From a virus, in the IMG/VR virus record IMGVR_UViG_3300045988_166693, positions 32,001-96,000 of that record: a stretch of 64,000 nucleotides of DNA; one strand, written 5' to 3'. Of this stretch, positions 1-10,100 are shown piece by piece. The notes beneath the pieces were generated by a model, which had not been told where the DNA came from, ran no database searches, and was given only the letters and a program-made list of their open reading frames with translations. Numbering within the stretch: position 1 is the stretch's first letter; each line of letters starts with the position of its first letter. The position numbers were made by a program, and so were the translations under genes.

Positions 1-1149
1 GTTCAGCAGGCGACGGATGGTTTCCGACGAAATCTCCACACTCTCGGAGTGGGGAAACACCACATGAGCGTCGCTATGGAAGTACACATTGATGGCATCG
101 CGCGGGCCGGAACAGATTACGATACGGCAGAATACGTCGGCAAAAGCGCGGGTGCGCCGTCCTTGCTCGTCCACACGGGTTTTGTCTATGTTGATAATGG
201 GATGTCCTTCCTTGTCGGAGGTCTCCACACGTCCGGTCTGCAGGGCACGCATCACGTCTGCATCGCCGTAGATTTCCTTGTGGAATCCTTCCGGGCGGCT
301 TCCTCCCTGGTACCACCATGTAAACTTGTAGTTGGGCTGTCGGCGGCCGTCCGCATCGGTCGTCTCGCGGAAATAGGGCTCGTACTTCCGTGCCCACCAG
401 CCGTTCTCGTCTTCGTAGCGGAAAAGGAATACCGGGTAAGAAGGTGTGGACTTCACTTCGTAGCTGGTCAGCACGCCGTCGGAATCGGCCTTTTCGGGGG
501 TAACGTAGCTTTCCAGCGGATAGAGGTTGAAAATGGTGCTTAGCTGGGTGCTGTCGAAGGGAGCGGGCATGTCGCCACGGTAAAAATCGGGATTGAACGA
601 ACAGCGCAACAGGTTGTTTCCGTCGGCATCGGTCACGGCTGTCTGCTCGGTGCCTTCGCTTGTGTTTTTCCCGGTGCGGAACACGGGGAGCACCTGACAG
701 CCCAGCGCACGGAGCTCAGCGGGTGTAAACTCGCCCTTACGGATGCGGAAATCCACTTCCGGCTGCGGGGCGGTCTTGCGTGCCCGGTGGAAGAACCCGT
801 TCTTGTAATCTCCTTCAATAATCAGGTTAAAGTCTTTGGCCAGCCGGTTCACCGCGTCCGGAAAGTCGTGTTTCTCTCCTGCGCGTTCCAGAAGGCGCTG
901 CTGCAGCATGATGGCCCCTACCCCTTTGCTACGGTTCTGCTCGCCGCATACGAAGCAATTGAAGGCGGCATAGCGTTCTCCCTTTGGCGGGAACTTGCTC
1001 ACACAGAAACTCCCGTTCTTCTCCTGATGGAACGGACAGCGGTAGAATACGCTGCGTGCGGTCTGCGAAGCCGGCAGATATCCGTTGTTGCGCATCACGT
1101 CTGCCAGCGGAAGCGCATTGAGCTTATCTATTGTTTTATCCGAGAACAT
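1..1149 (-). CDS. DNA primase, CHC2 zinc-finger type (partial; C-terminus beyond left edge)
   Basis: Absent from the ORF track because it is open to the window edge. My minus-strand translation from ATG 1149..1147 gives MFSDKTIDKLNALPLADVMRNNGYLPASQTARSVFYRCPFHQEKNGSFCV... CPFHxEKxxSF is the CHC2 primase zinc-finger signature. The frame stays open to nt 1. Plus ORFs 49..543 and 787..1284 are its antisense shadows. Confidence 0.7.
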   Translation of the reverse strand, partial: MFSDKTIDKLNALPLADVMRNNGYLPASQTARSVFYRCPFHQEKNGSFCVSKFPPKGERYAAFNCFVCGEQNRSKGVGAIMLQQRLLERAGEKHDFPDAVNRLAKDFNLIIEGDYKNGFFHRARKTAPQPEVDFRIRKGEFTPAELRALGCQVLPVFRTGKNTSEGTEQTAVTDADGNNLLRCSFNPDFYRGDMPAPFDSTQLSTIFNLYPLESYVTPEKADSDGVLTSYEVKSTPSYPVFLFRYEDENGWWARKYEPYFRETTDADGRRQPNYKFTWWYQGGSRPEGFHKEIYGDADVMRALQTGRVETSDKEGHPIINIDKTRVDEQGRRTRAFADVFCRIVICSGPRDAINVYFHSDAHVVFPHSESVEISSETIRRLLN

Positions 1150-1157
1150 GATGATTT

Positions 1158-1451
1158 TCAAGAAAGAAATGTTATTTCAAAATTCATGCCTTCCATTACC
1201 GAACTGATCATCGACTTGAGGTCATCTTCGCCGCACATCCATGGATCAGGATTCCCGAGCAGGATGCCTTCATCGGTCACCTGACCGCTTTCGGCATATC
1301 CGTCGTGTACCAGTTCGTCACACAGGGTTCGCATGCGGGCCTGTGAGAGTCCGTCCATTTCCAGACGGATATCTTCTTCCTGTCCGATGATCCTGCAGGT
1401 AGCATGATGCTGCTCGAACTTGCGTTCGTATAGTCCTTTGTAGTGCATCAT
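1158..1451 (-). CDS. hypothetical protein (97 aa)
   Basis: ATG ORF packed tightly between the primase and the regulator gene (4-nt overlap with the upstream gene). No motif recognised. Confidence 0.5.
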   Translation of the reverse strand: MMHYKGLYERKFEQHHATCRIIGQEEDIRLEMDGLSQARMRTLCDELVHDGYAESGQVTDEGILLGNPDPWMCGEDDLKSMISSVMEGMNFEITFLS

Positions 1452-2068
1452 CTTAACCGTTTGCCTTCGAGCATCTTCATCAGCTCCGGGCGGGTGGATA
1501 CGCCCAGTTCCGCAAAGATGCGCTTCCGGATGTTGTCAATATTGGAATAACTGCATCCCAGTCTGTCTGCGATCTCTTCGTATGAAAGTCCGGTGTTGAC
1601 CATCAGATCGGCCACTTCAGCCTGCGTGTTGGTCAGCCCGCATTCATATATCGGGTTGCAGCACACCTGTTTCTTGTCGCGGTATGCAGGATTGAATCCG
1701 TTGAGCGGACAGTTGTAGCGCTCCGGACAGAGAGTAAATTCCGAGTTGAAATCGTCCGGTCCCTCGTGGTCGGGAATGTTGTCCTCCCGGCCGAAACAGC
1801 AGTTCAGACTGATCAGGGCCAGTTCAGCCATGTATCTTCGCTTGATCTCGCGAATGGTCTTGTAAGAACGTCCCAGACGCATGCGCAGCTTGATGTCGCA
1901 CGCCTCCAGGTGTGACGGATAATTTTTCCGCATTTCCTCCAGATATTCCTCAACAAAGGCAAATCCTGTCACTCCGTCGTTTTTGACCGTCAGTTCCTCC
2001 CCGTCCTCGAAAACAATTCTCGATAACCCGTCTCTCAAATTTGTATGTGCTTCCCACTTTCTGTTCAT
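1448..2068 (-). CDS. LuxR/GerE-type HTH transcriptional regulator with Cys-rich central region
   Basis: C-terminus LTNTQAEVADLMVNTGLSYEEIADRLGCSYSNIDNIRKRIFAELGV matches the LuxR/sigma-70 region-4 type HTH. The track start at 2074 is TTG; the first ATG is 2068, 2 nt after the upstream stop. Confidence 0.6.
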   Translation of the reverse strand: MNRKWEAHTNLRDGLSRIVFEDGEELTVKNDGVTGFAFVEEYLEEMRKNYPSHLEACDIKLRMRLGRSYKTIREIKRRYMAELALISLNCCFGREDNIPDHEGPDDFNSEFTLCPERYNCPLNGFNPAYRDKKQVCCNPIYECGLTNTQAEVADLMVNTGLSYEEIADRLGCSYSNIDNIRKRIFAELGVSTRPELMKMLEGKRLR

Positions 2069-2070
2069 TC

Positions 2071-2451
2071 TCAATCCTCCAGCTGTTCCATGTATTCCTT
2101 ATAAATATTATCCAGTCCTTTCAGCTCCACGTCCGAAAAGTCGAAGGCACGGAAGCGGATACTGACTGTCCGTCCGCCCATACCCATCTTTTCACTCATA
2201 AACTTCCGGAAACTTCCCTTATCCGGAAGAGATTCGTAGAAATCTTTCGCATCACCGCTGTATTCGGGTGAGAAAAGCGCGATGCAGCCTGATATCCCCA
2301 CCAATTCCCATTTGCGGAAACGGGACGTGCGGATCTTGGGATAAGCCGTCGATGCGGACATGCCATACTGCTCCACCAGGTACCGCGTAAAGCCCAGTCT
2401 GAACGGCTTGTGTTTCTGATCAACTAACCGGCTAATAGTGCTTTTTTTCAT
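2071..2451 (-). CDS. hypothetical protein (126 aa), possible DNA-binding
   Basis: ATG ORF, first gene of a leftward operon that diverges from 2590..3900. Basic N-terminal half. Confidence 0.5.
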   Translation of the reverse strand: MKKSTISRLVDQKHKPFRLGFTRYLVEQYGMSASTAYPKIRTSRFRKWELVGISGCIALFSPEYSGDAKDFYESLPDKGSFRKFMSEKMGMGGRTVSIRFRAFDFSDVELKGLDNIYKEYMEQLED

Positions 2452-2589
2452 ACTCTTTTCCTTTTTCTCAACTTTTTAGAAATGCGTTTTTGAATGTTTT
2501 TTGTTATATTTACCATCCAAAGTAACGAAAAAGTTACGATAAAACTCACTTTTTTGAAATGTTTATAACAATTTTTAAACTATCACTCT

Positions 2590-3900
2590 ATGTACTATTT
2601 TAATTCATACCTTTTCTCAAAGCTCCCGAAGCTCCTGAACATGCTCCAGAAGGAAGTTTCGGAAGTCGTCTACGGAAATGATTTCATTTACGCCAGAAGA
2701 ATTGGGAATCAGGATAGTATAAAAGTCAACGAAATTATAAATATCTGTAACAGATTCCATATCAGCACACGTCATTTCTTCCTTACCCAGCCTGCTCCCA
2801 TGGAATTGGAGCCTCGTTCATCTTACATCATTTCGGATGACTATTTTGAAACGGTCAGATTTTATCCTGAGCATATCAAATGGATCTACGGGAAAAACGG
2901 AATGGCCAAAGGGCTGACACGCGACAAACTGGTGGAAAGCCTGCACATCAGTCCCGCTACCCTGCTGCGGTGGGCCAACCCGTCGCTGGGCGGAGAAGTC
3001 CCGGTGAAAGCCATGCTGGATATGTGCAACCTCTATAATCTGGATCTGTATGCGTTCATCGAAGACAAAAACGTGCAGGCGGACCAGCCCTGCGAGGAAA
3101 AAGAACCTGATCCCGATCCCATGGTACTTACTACCCGCACCTGGCAGGAACTCACCGAACTGCGGAAAATGCTGGTGGAAAGCCAGCGGAAAATCAATCT
3201 GCTGACCGAGGAAAACGAACGCCTGAAAATGCAGGGCAGCCAGTACGCCAGCGCACTCTCGGAAGACGAGACCTACGACTATGACAAGTCAAAGCCGAGA
3301 GGATGGACGGCCAACTGGGAGCTGCTGAAGAATCTGACTTATGTGACGGGAGCGAGCAGAAGGGAACTCATGCGAATTGCGCAGATCGGCACATACAGCG
3401 GTTCACTGAACGACGGAAACCTGAACATCCCTTCGCTGGTCAGGATCTGCAATGCCTTCCAGATCAGCAGCCGGCATTTCTTCATGCGTGACACCGGGGA
3501 AAAGATTGCGCTGCGGGCGTTCAGCCAGTACCGGTCGGACAACTGGAAAAAGGTCAGCTTTCATCCGGAATACCTGAACGATCTGTTCGGGAGGGAGAGT
3601 CTGACCGGACTGAGCCGGAAAGAAGTTGCAGCGATGGCCGGCGTATCGGAAAACACCATCCGCTCCTGGAAGATGGAATACAGCACCATGCGCGTAAAGG
3701 ATCTGGTGAATATCTGCAATGCCCTGTCACTAAGTCCCTGGTGCTTCATCAGCGACGGCAACCGGCCGGACCTGCAATACGGAGTGACGCATACGGAATT
3801 TCTGCTGGAAGAGAATCTTCTGCTCCGCCAGCAGATCATCCGGCTGCATGAACAGATTTTCCGCATGAAGGAAAGATACGGAATCTCAGCGGACAAATGA
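2590..3900 (+). CDS. tandemly duplicated multi-HTH regulator (candidate repressor)
   Basis: Four XRE-like segments ending in similar strings: NICNRFHISTRHFF, DMCNLYNLDLYAFI, RICNAFQISSRHFF and NICNALSLSPWCFI. Two leucine-zipper-like coiled coils: LRKMLVESQRKINLLTEENERLKMQ and LLEENLLLRQQIIRLHEQIFRMKE. Confidence 0.6.
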   Translation: MYYFNSYLFSKLPKLLNMLQKEVSEVVYGNDFIYARRIGNQDSIKVNEIINICNRFHISTRHFFLTQPAPMELEPRSSYIISDDYFETVRFYPEHIKWIYGKNGMAKGLTRDKLVESLHISPATLLRWANPSLGGEVPVKAMLDMCNLYNLDLYAFIEDKNVQADQPCEEKEPDPDPMVLTTRTWQELTELRKMLVESQRKINLLTEENERLKMQGSQYASALSEDETYDYDKSKPRGWTANWELLKNLTYVTGASRRELMRIAQIGTYSGSLNDGNLNIPSLVRICNAFQISSRHFFMRDTGEKIALRAFSQYRSDNWKKVSFHPEYLNDLFGRESLTGLSRKEVAAMAGVSENTIRSWKMEYSTMRVKDLVNICNALSLSPWCFISDGNRPDLQYGVTHTEFLLEENLLLRQQIIRLHEQIFRMKERYGISADK

Positions 3901-5007
3901 ATTGTATGTTCCGCCGGTGAAGGAATAGCGCACGTCGAAGTTGACTGCCAGCAGAGACGGTTTGGAGCGGTCGAGCACATCCACCGTGTCGTCCGGAAGA
4001 ATGGCTACGGGCAGGAACCGGCCGCCGACCAGCATCCAGGCGCGGCGGGTCATCAGGAACTCGTTGATCCACCATTCGGCCCACTCCCTGCTGACATATC
4101 CGCTGCTCATTGCAAAGGTGGCTACCGGATCGGCCGCATAGTTGACCACGCGGGTGGTGCCCCGGAAGTCAATGTCCTGCGGTACGGAATAGGTGTTGCT
4201 TTCAATGTCATACGACAGGGACTCGCGCATGACGGCTGTCACGCTCTCGATCAGTCCGAAGGTGTTCTGAAACAGGAAATGCCGCATTCCGGGGGATGAC
4301 TCCACCACATAGCGCTCCACTCCTCCCTCGTCGGAAGTGCTGACAACCGTTTTTCCGGCGGCGAGCGACGACGTATCAATCCGCAGGGATGCGGGAACCA
4401 GCGCTCCGCCGGTGTACTGAGAATAATCACTCTTCTGCCCGGCATTGGTCACGCTGAAAGAAATCGTGTCGCTGCCCGTGCTCACAGCCGGGACGTAGAG
4501 GTCAATTCCCTTCACCAGCGGCTCGCCGGCCGGCTTCCGGCTCAGGATACGTCCGCTGCCCAGCTGTACGGACGTATCGGCATTGGGGGCTGTGAGCCGT
4601 TCAAACTCGGTGTAACGACCCAGTATAGCCTTGTACTCTTCCGATGTGACCTCCCCTTCTTCTATCTCTACGTTGTCGTACAGATAGACTTCCTTGTAGG
4701 TCAGCGTATAGCTGGCCGCATACATCGTCTGCGTGAGTGTGGTTCCGCTCACCTCCTGCACGATGCAGCGCTCCAGGGCCGTGCGCACCGTGTCACTCAC
4801 GTTGAAGGTTGCAAGGCCGTCGGAACCGACCTCATACACATATTTTTCCGAATAACTGATTTCCTCTCCGCTTCGGGTGGCCTTGACGTCGCACGACATC
4901 CGGATGCGGAGAAAGGTTTTTCCCGTCAGGGTCGTCTTTGCCTTGACGATGATCGGATTTCCTGCCAGCGAGACAGACGCGGGCTGCTGTAATACCTGTA
5001 TTGCCAT
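3886..5007 (-). CDS. tail/baseplate structural protein (373 aa)
   Basis: Last gene of the operon headed by the tape measure. Function inferred from position only. Confidence 0.5.
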   Translation of the reverse strand: MAIQVLQQPASVSLAGNPIIVKAKTTLTGKTFLRIRMSCDVKATRSGEEISYSEKYVYEVGSDGLATFNVSDTVRTALERCIVQEVSGTTLTQTMYAASYTLTYKEVYLYDNVEIEEGEVTSEEYKAILGRYTEFERLTAPNADTSVQLGSGRILSRKPAGEPLVKGIDLYVPAVSTGSDTISFSVTNAGQKSDYSQYTGGALVPASLRIDTSSLAAGKTVVSTSDEGGVERYVVESSPGMRHFLFQNTFGLIESVTAVMRESLSYDIESNTYSVPQDIDFRGTTRVVNYAADPVATFAMSSGYVSREWAEWWINEFLMTRRAWMLVGGRFLPVAILPDDTVDVLDRSKPSLLAVNFDVRYSFTGGTYNSFVR

Positions 5008-5020
5008 GTTCTTTTTGTCT

Positions 5021-7138
5021 TTAAAGTGTGTATAGTTCGATTTTCACGTCCGCTACTCCCGTGACACCGAGCGTATAGGAAATTCTGTTGATAAAACCCG
5101 TGAACCGGCCGATCCGGTAACGGCGGAAAAAGTCAATGTTCACAATCTGCATGATATCCATGCGCACCTGGAGTGTGACGGTTTTCTTGTTGGACATGAA
5201 GTAGAGATATTCCGACAGGAACTTCGCCACAAATCCGCGGCCCTTGTACTTCTCCCCGATGGGATAACCGTCTTTTTCGGCCACCGGCTTCAGGGAAAAG
5301 CGGTTGGTCTGATCTGCGCCGCCGGCTTCCGTCCCGTTGTAGTCAAAGAAACGGCCGAAGTTGTCACAGCTGTCCGAAGTGAAAGCGTAACTGCCCACGG
5401 TCTGAATCCAGGAGTCGTTGTTTTCTCCGTCGTAATTGGCATTGATAATCTCCACGCCGGAGTCATTACCCGGGCCTCGCATGATTCCCAGGGTATAACC
5501 TGCATCGTAGGTGGCGAGCGGGGATTCCGTGGTTTCTTCGCGGTCAAAATTTTCTCCGGTGTCGAAGGTGACATCAGCGGTAATATCCTTGATGTTCTGA
5601 AGGAACAGGAAGTTCCCCATGAGCGGAAGGACAGAAACCGTAGTCCTGGTGTCCGAAAGCAGGCTCACATCGGCAAATACGGCCAGTCCCTGCTGGGCTT
5701 CCTTGCCTTCGGAAGCCATCTGGCTGGTAGATGCCCCGGAAATGTCGTTCACAATGACCGGCGAGAAAGACAGCTTGATCTCTTCCGCTTCTTCCGGATC
5801 AGCGCCTTCGGTCTCGTAGTCGCGGAAACCGCCCACCTCGAACAGTGACGGATCACCGCCCGTATCCTTGTTGACCTTGATGCGGTAAGCATTTCCGGTG
5901 ATCCGGTCGATGTAGCAGGTCGTATCGTAGGCCGACTGCCCCATTTTCAGGATTTCCAGATAGCCGTCTTTCTCCGACACGTTTGTATAGTCGGTGTAGT
6001 TGAACGTCGTATCGTCATCCTGCCCGTATGTGATGCGGTAACCCTTGTTCTTCTCCTTGGTAACAGCATACGAAAGAATATCCACATCGAGCGTATTGGT
6101 TTCCCGGTTCTGGAAAATGTTTCTCAGCAGGTAGATCCGCATCAGCCGGTCGCGCTCGTCGTACACAAAACGCACCCCGAACGCATTCTGAAGGTCTTCG
6201 ATCACGTCCTTCACTTCCAGATCCGGAAAATTCGCATTGGTGGCATACACATCACGCACGGAATAGGTGAAATCGCTGTTTCTGAAGGTTCCCATAATAG
6301 GCACAATTCCTTTCCCGCCGGTCACTTTTACTTCCAGCGAGAAGGAAGGTCCGATGAACGACTCACTGATCACGTCCGTATACTGGATGGTCCGGCTTTC
6401 ACCGCTCTTCACCTCGCAACGGGTAGAGAAGAAAGCCAGACGGCAAAGGTCTTCCACATCGAGCATTTCGTTCTTGTCGACACCTATGTCCAGTTTCTTC
6501 ATCACCAGGTCAATGAGATACATCACGTAGAAGCATACGCCGCTGTACGAGCGCTTTGCTTCGAGAGCTGGAGCATATTTCCCGTTCTCGTCGGATGCAC
6601 ACACCCGGACGTTGCAGAAGGTCTTGACGGGATACGGATCAGATACATTGAACTCGGTGAAATTCATCAGGTTCCTGTACGGGAGATAAACATACATGGG
6701 ATAGACGGAGCCCTGTATTTCGGGTGCCGTGTCTGCCCGGTAAAGCTCATATCCCAGCTTCAGCTCGCGGTCGAGCGGGATCTCGTTGGCCTTCATGCCC
6801 TCCAGCTTGTCCATAAAGTTACCAGTCCCGGAAGAAAAGGTAACCGGCAGGCTGTCCTCAAATTCAATCTCGTCGTCGGTAGCGATGGTTCCGCGGTAGA
6901 TCATTACGCCGTTGAACCAGATCTCCGTATCACTCTTGTCGATCTCCCGGAGCGGACGGTCCCCGAAGGGATCGTCCACATTCTTGAACACCTCGCGGTT
7001 GGGAGCGAGCGGGATCTCAAAGGGGAACGAAAATGTTCCCTGATCATTGAATACCGGGCTGGTCTGTTCCAGGTCGATGGAGAAATCATCCGGAAGGCAG
7101 ATCCACTGCCCGCCTATCTTAATCTGTAGTCCTTTCAT
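5021..7138 (-). CDS. tail/baseplate structural protein (705 aa)
   Basis: Lies immediately downstream of the tape measure (6-nt gap), the usual position of a distal-tail or hub protein. No motif recognised. Confidence 0.5.
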   Translation of the reverse strand: MKGLQIKIGGQWICLPDDFSIDLEQTSPVFNDQGTFSFPFEIPLAPNREVFKNVDDPFGDRPLREIDKSDTEIWFNGVMIYRGTIATDDEIEFEDSLPVTFSSGTGNFMDKLEGMKANEIPLDRELKLGYELYRADTAPEIQGSVYPMYVYLPYRNLMNFTEFNVSDPYPVKTFCNVRVCASDENGKYAPALEAKRSYSGVCFYVMYLIDLVMKKLDIGVDKNEMLDVEDLCRLAFFSTRCEVKSGESRTIQYTDVISESFIGPSFSLEVKVTGGKGIVPIMGTFRNSDFTYSVRDVYATNANFPDLEVKDVIEDLQNAFGVRFVYDERDRLMRIYLLRNIFQNRETNTLDVDILSYAVTKEKNKGYRITYGQDDDTTFNYTDYTNVSEKDGYLEILKMGQSAYDTTCYIDRITGNAYRIKVNKDTGGDPSLFEVGGFRDYETEGADPEEAEEIKLSFSPVIVNDISGASTSQMASEGKEAQQGLAVFADVSLLSDTRTTVSVLPLMGNFLFLQNIKDITADVTFDTGENFDREETTESPLATYDAGYTLGIMRGPGNDSGVEIINANYDGENNDSWIQTVGSYAFTSDSCDNFGRFFDYNGTEAGGADQTNRFSLKPVAEKDGYPIGEKYKGRGFVAKFLSEYLYFMSNKKTVTLQVRMDIMQIVNIDFFRRYRIGRFTGFINRISYTLGVTGVADVKIELYTL

Positions 7139-7144
7139 CGTTTT

Positions 7145-10100
7145 TTATTTTGTGAGTCCGTTTTTGTTCATAAACTTGCTGGCCTTGCTGAGCTGGTTCA
7201 CCGCGCCCTTGCGCCCGTAAGGATCTACCGTCGCACTGATGGGCTGGTTCAGTCTTTGAGTCAGGGCATTCACGGCATCGGTCACTCCGGTAAGCACCTG
7301 CGACATTTCGGCAGCCGACATGCCTGATCCTCCTGCCTGCTGCGCAGCCTGTGAAGCCTGTGCCGGCATGGACGGATAACTTCCGCTGGCAAAGGTCGGC
7401 ATGGCCGCCGATTTGAGCTGGCCATGACGGGCAATGGTAAGAATGCTGTCGTAGATGTGCGGATAGTTCAGAATAAGCTTCTGAGTGGTGTCACCGTCCA
7501 CAATCATTTCAGGCTTCTTTTCAGAGAAAATGCCGAAATGCGCACCTCCGCCGTACACGCCCGTCTTCAGTTCCTTCTGGTAGCGTGCGTTGTATATCTG
7601 TCCGTCGTTTCCCAGTACCGGATAGTCACCCTCTGCGTAGGTAAGCATTCCGGCTGCTACACGGCCCTTGCTGCTGCTTACTCCGGTAGCAGCTGCCACA
7701 TCCTGCTTTGCTTTGTTTAACTTACCCATTGCAAGGCCCATCAGGGCGGAAAGCGCCGCACTGATAACTGCAATCAATGGGATACCCCACCAGCCTAGTT
7801 CTCCGATTATCTTTGCAGCTCCGGAAGCCGTACCTGTCGAAACATCTGCCGTGGTTTTAGCTCCCTGTACTGTCAGATCCGTAATGGCCTGCGAACCATG
7901 AACGGCGGTGATTGTAGCACTTGTAGCCGATTCCTGTGCCACTTCCTGAGCGTTCAGGGCCTTCTTCATTACCAGTTCCTGAACTTTCTGCATGATCAGA
8001 TCCTTGGTAAGTTTCATCATCGTCTGAAGCAACTGCTTTGCCGCTTCCTTGCGGTCGGATACTTCAGAGAACGCAGCCTCTCCCATCTGCTCACTGAAAT
8101 CCACGACTGCATCGGTGTAGTTCTTTAGCGTGCTCAGCTTGCTCTCGGTTATTTCAAGTTTTTTGCTCTGCTGTTCCTCCCGGGCCTGAGTCAGTGCGTC
8201 CAGCGCTTCCTTTTCGGCCATACGATAGGATTCTTCAGCCTGCTGTTCGGTTGCACCGGAAGCAATGGCCTGCTGTATCAGTTCTTCTTTGCGGGCATAA
8301 AACTCTTCATAATACTGACGGGCAGCTTCCAGCCGGATGCGCAGCGCTTCCAGCTCGGCATTGTCCGTGTCGGAAGTACCAAGGAAGGAACTTTGAGTAG
8401 ATGCCAGTCCCAGATTACCGGCTGCACCCATCAGCTCACTCTGATCGTCGGAACCTTTTATCCGATCCTCCCAAAGTTTCTGGTTTCCGCTGGTCTCCCA
8501 CTGCACGTCGATCATTTCCTTGATATCCTTGGCATACTTCTCGGCAGCTGCCTTGGAGTCCTGGTAGAAGTCACGCAGCTTTTTCAGCATGAGCGACATC
8601 TGTTCGGGGCTCATGCTTTCGGCCCATATTTTATCTATTCCTAACAATCGGCCTCGGAGTTGTATCTCATTCATATTGTAAGCATCTTCCGACAGAGAAA
8701 CAAGCGCATCCATTCTTTCCTTGACCGCACTCTCGTCGATGACTCCGCTAAATCCCAGACTCATGCGGAACTCTTTCTCCGCGTCGGTATTCAGCAGACG
8801 GAGCTTGTCGAGCGACTCCTCAAACTGGTTAACCAGACTTTCAAACGGGTTGTATTTGAGAAGCTCCTTCTCGATCGTCTGACGGTATTTCACTGCCATG
8901 TTCTGTACTTCAAGAAGGTCTTTTTCCAGATTTTTCCGCACACCGTCAGTTTCCTTCTCTCCCATTTTCTTGAGAAGGGCAGCAGTAGATTCCAGATTCT
9001 TTCCTTCCATTCCGTAAAGCTTCTGGTTGAACGTATTCGATTCTCCCAACAGCTTTTTCCGCAGTTCCACACGTGCGAGCAGGTGCTCTTCTTCCATCGC
9101 ATCAATCTGCCGGTTCATTTCCTCGGTCGTGATTTCCTCATTCAGATACGCCTGACGGATGGCCTGCTGGCGACGAAGGAAATATGCTTCCAGTGCGGCC
9201 ATGGCTGCACTCACCTGGTCATTCAGTTCTTTCTGCTCTCCGCGGGTACCGGACTTCCGGACTTTGAGCCAGTTTCCGCTGGTGTCGCGTCCCCATTTCT
9301 CAGCCAGCACCTTTGCCACATCCTGCTCCATCTTTTTCAGTGCCTCGTATTCTTCCTTGGCCGACTTGAATCCGCGGGCAGCGAAGGTGTCTGCATAGTC
9401 CTTGTCCTCATTAATGCTCTTCATCATGGCCTCCAGCTTTTTGTAGGTAGCTACCAGTTTGTCTACGCCAGCCGTTTCCAGCGATACGCCTTGTCCCCAG
9501 ACAGATTCCAGTCCGATGGCCTTGATCCGTTTCTCTACCTGACTGATGTTGTTCTGGTAGACTCCGAGCTGGCGGTTCTTTTCAGCAAGTTCGTCTGTCT
9601 CCGCCTTCGTGAGCTTTTCTCCTTTCTCTCGCTTTGCGTTCAGGTCATCCACATCCTCACGCAGGCGCTGGACATAGGTAGTGGCCTGCTGCAGGTAAGT
9701 ATTCAGTTCCGAAAGGTCGGAGGAAGAAAGAATACCCTGGTTGGACTTCCGTAGGTCTTGCAGCATAAGTTCTTCGGTCTTGCTCTCGGCAGCACGCTGT
9801 GTACTTTCCAGGAAAGTCTGAGTCTGCCCGGCTTCCTTCCGGATGTTTTTCAGAATGTTCATCAGCTTCAAAGCGTCGGAACTGAACGGGAGCTGCTTTA
9901 TGTTCTTGTTGTATTTCTCCATAAAGTCATCCAGCGCGTCGTACAGATTGCCGCCTTCTTCCACCACCTTGTTCATCCCGTCCATAATACGGGCCATGGC
10001 ATCGCCGGCGTTGGTCTCTCCCACATTCTGCATTTTGTTCAGCGAAGCAATGATCTTCGACTGAAGTTCCTGAATCTGGTCGGTATATTTGTCGGCAATG

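Noticed and set aside
49-1284. Plus-strand ORFs 49..543 and 787..1284, and minus ORFs 74..397 and 633..818
   Set aside because: They overlap the long edge-truncated minus-strand primase frame, which has a clear CHC2 zinc-finger motif. Their translations are low-complexity and Arg/Pro-rich, as expected for shadow frames in GC-rich DNA.
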